Part shown: one piece after another, positions 62,567-64,000 of the stretch | Numbering within the stretch: position 1 is the first letter of the stretch | How the letters are laid out: every line of letters begins with the position of its first letter | Assembly (NCBI RefSeq): GCF_963506605.1 | Contig: NC_083281.1 | Location: 75,144,001-75,208,000, forward strand | DNA length: 64,000 nucleotides | Direction of reading: 5' to 3' | Source of the DNA: Zootoca vivipara | Taxonomy: Eukaryota | The notes under the pieces: model-generated | What the model saw: only the letters and a program-made list of their open reading frames with translations | Database searches by the model: none | Told to the model about the DNA's origin: nothing | Program-made: the position numbers and the translations under genes

Positions 62567-62640
62567 CTCCTGGAGACAGGCAGAGAAAACTGGCAGGGAT
62601 CATAGAAACGAAATGAAAATTTCCCAAAGGGTGCTATACA

Positions 62641-62974
62641 CAATGGCATTGTGTGGAGGGACTCGGGGTAGTTGCCCTGGGTGCAAAATTGTTAATGGGT
62701 GCAAAATGTCAACACCCGGTGCTGCTAGAATACAACCGCCCACACACTTCTGTCGCTGGACTTTGTTGAAAACGGCTTCTCCATGCAAACCAGGAAGTGG
62801 CCTCTCCAGATAATGGAACGACTCTTCTTTTCTTGTCTCTGTGGCTGCAATCTCCTGGGTGATGCAGAGACCATTAGGCAGTTGAATACGCAGTGCATAC
62901 CCTATCCGTTTCCCTAGCTCCCACCCACCTCCTCTGCGCAGCCCCAGGTGTTGGCAACCAACAGTACGCCACTG
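62641..62974. mobile_element. Degenerate hAT MITE
   Basis: caatggcatt / gtacgccactg ends; TSD gctataca / gttataca. Confidence 0.6.
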
Positions 62975-63277
62975 GTTATACACAGAAAAGAAAAGAAAGG
63001 GTCATAACTTAGTAGGCAAGCACCTGTTTTGCATGCCAAAGGTCTCCTGCTCAACCCCTGGCATCTCCAAGATGGACTGAGGAAGGCTGCCAGTCAGTGC
63101 AGCAGACCACGCTAGAAGGATCATTGGTCTGACTCAATGTACGGCAGCTTCCAATGGTTCATTTCAGAGACAGTAACGCCTCTGAATGCCAGCTGCTGGG
63201 AATTGCAGGAAGGGCAAGTGCTCTTGTGCTTGGGCCCTGCTTGAGGGTTTCCCACAGGCGTTTGGTTGGCCACTGTG

Positions 63278-63664
63278 CAAGGGCGTACCCACCATTCGGC
63301 AAGTTAGGGCAGCTGCCCTACTCTAGAAGCAGGGCTGGTGGGCAGAGGCGGAGCACAGCCCGGCGGAGCGCGAGTTCGCCATTCCCGCCGCACCGCGCCA
63401 CACCCTCCCTCCAGCTCCCCGGCGCGCCCTCAGGCAAGGCCAAGCGCGGCGGGGAACCAGGGAGCGCGGCGCGGCGGGCGGGAACGCTGAACTCGCGCTC
63501 CGCTGGGCTGGGCTCCGCCTCCGCCCACCAGCCCTGCTTCTAGGGAGGGGCACAGCCCGGCGGAGCGCGAGTTCGCTGTTCCCGCCCACTTTGTGGCCCC
63601 TCCCCTTCCGTGCCTTGGCCCCTCCCCTTGCCCCCCCCTAGTTTTGATCCTGGGTACGCCCATG
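63278..63664. mobile_element. GC-rich hAT MITE with an internal inverted repeat, inserted in a CR1-type tail
   Basis: TIRs CAAGGGCGTACCCA / TGGGTACGCCCATG; perfect TSD ccactgtg. Confidence 0.88.
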
Positions 63665-64000
63665 CCACTGTGAGAACAGGATGCTGGAGTAGCTGGGCCA
63701 TTGCCCTGATCCTGCAAGGCTCTCCTTTTGTTCTTAGGTATTCCAGGAGGCTTGACAGAAGTGGCAAATCATGCTGGCTTGGACATTTCCCCTTCTGGTC
63801 CCTGCATTCAGTGAACACATTTATGAAGAGCGTGAACCATTCCTCCTAATAACTTGGGAGTTCTCCAAAGGAATCAGCCTGATTTACACTCCTGTGGTCA
63901 CACACGTTCCCTCGGTATCCATTTTCTTCAAATCTCACTCTGTGTGCAGCTGGGCGGCATTAATTTCCACTTTGTTTCAAATGTCGGCTGAATGACTCTC

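Noticed and set aside
63740-64000. Possible end of a downstream gene (VWA5B1 would be expected from recalled human synteny)
   Set aside because: No recognisable coding sequence inside the window.

Overview
Vertebrate genomic DNA from a squamate, most likely a lacertid lizard, judged from its Bov-B/RTE, Sauria SINE, Squam3-like and tRNA-Lys/CR1-tail SINE content. It holds three spliced genes. ZBTB40 (minus strand, 13 coding exons, ATG 14103 to stop 2756, about 972 aa) lies head-to-head across a CpG island with MUL1 (plus strand, 4 coding exons, 18642-21796, 339 aa). CAMK2N1 follows (plus strand, 2 exons, 36554-40492, 79 aa, long UTRs). The rest is intron and intergenic DNA rich in LINE fragments (Bov-B, CR1, L2, Penelope), SINEs and non-autonomous hAT and Tc1/mariner elements, many with readable target-site duplications (TSDs), plus two N gaps. 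Most ORFs in the supplied track are spurious. I found no wholly new multi-gene system. Best leads: (1) an intact minimal hammerhead-ribozyme core at the 3' end of a young Penelope-like copy, with a decayed one in a MUL1 intron; (2) Arg to Cys in the CaMKII-inhibitory CN21 core of CAMK2N1; (3) ZBTB40 apparently carrying two rather than four internal exon-pair modules, plus a frameshift in its last exon; (4) an RFX X-box-rich bidirectional promoter; (5) a 5'-inverted SINE and nested transposon stacks. Comparisons with human proteins and named repeat families are from memory and need alignment.
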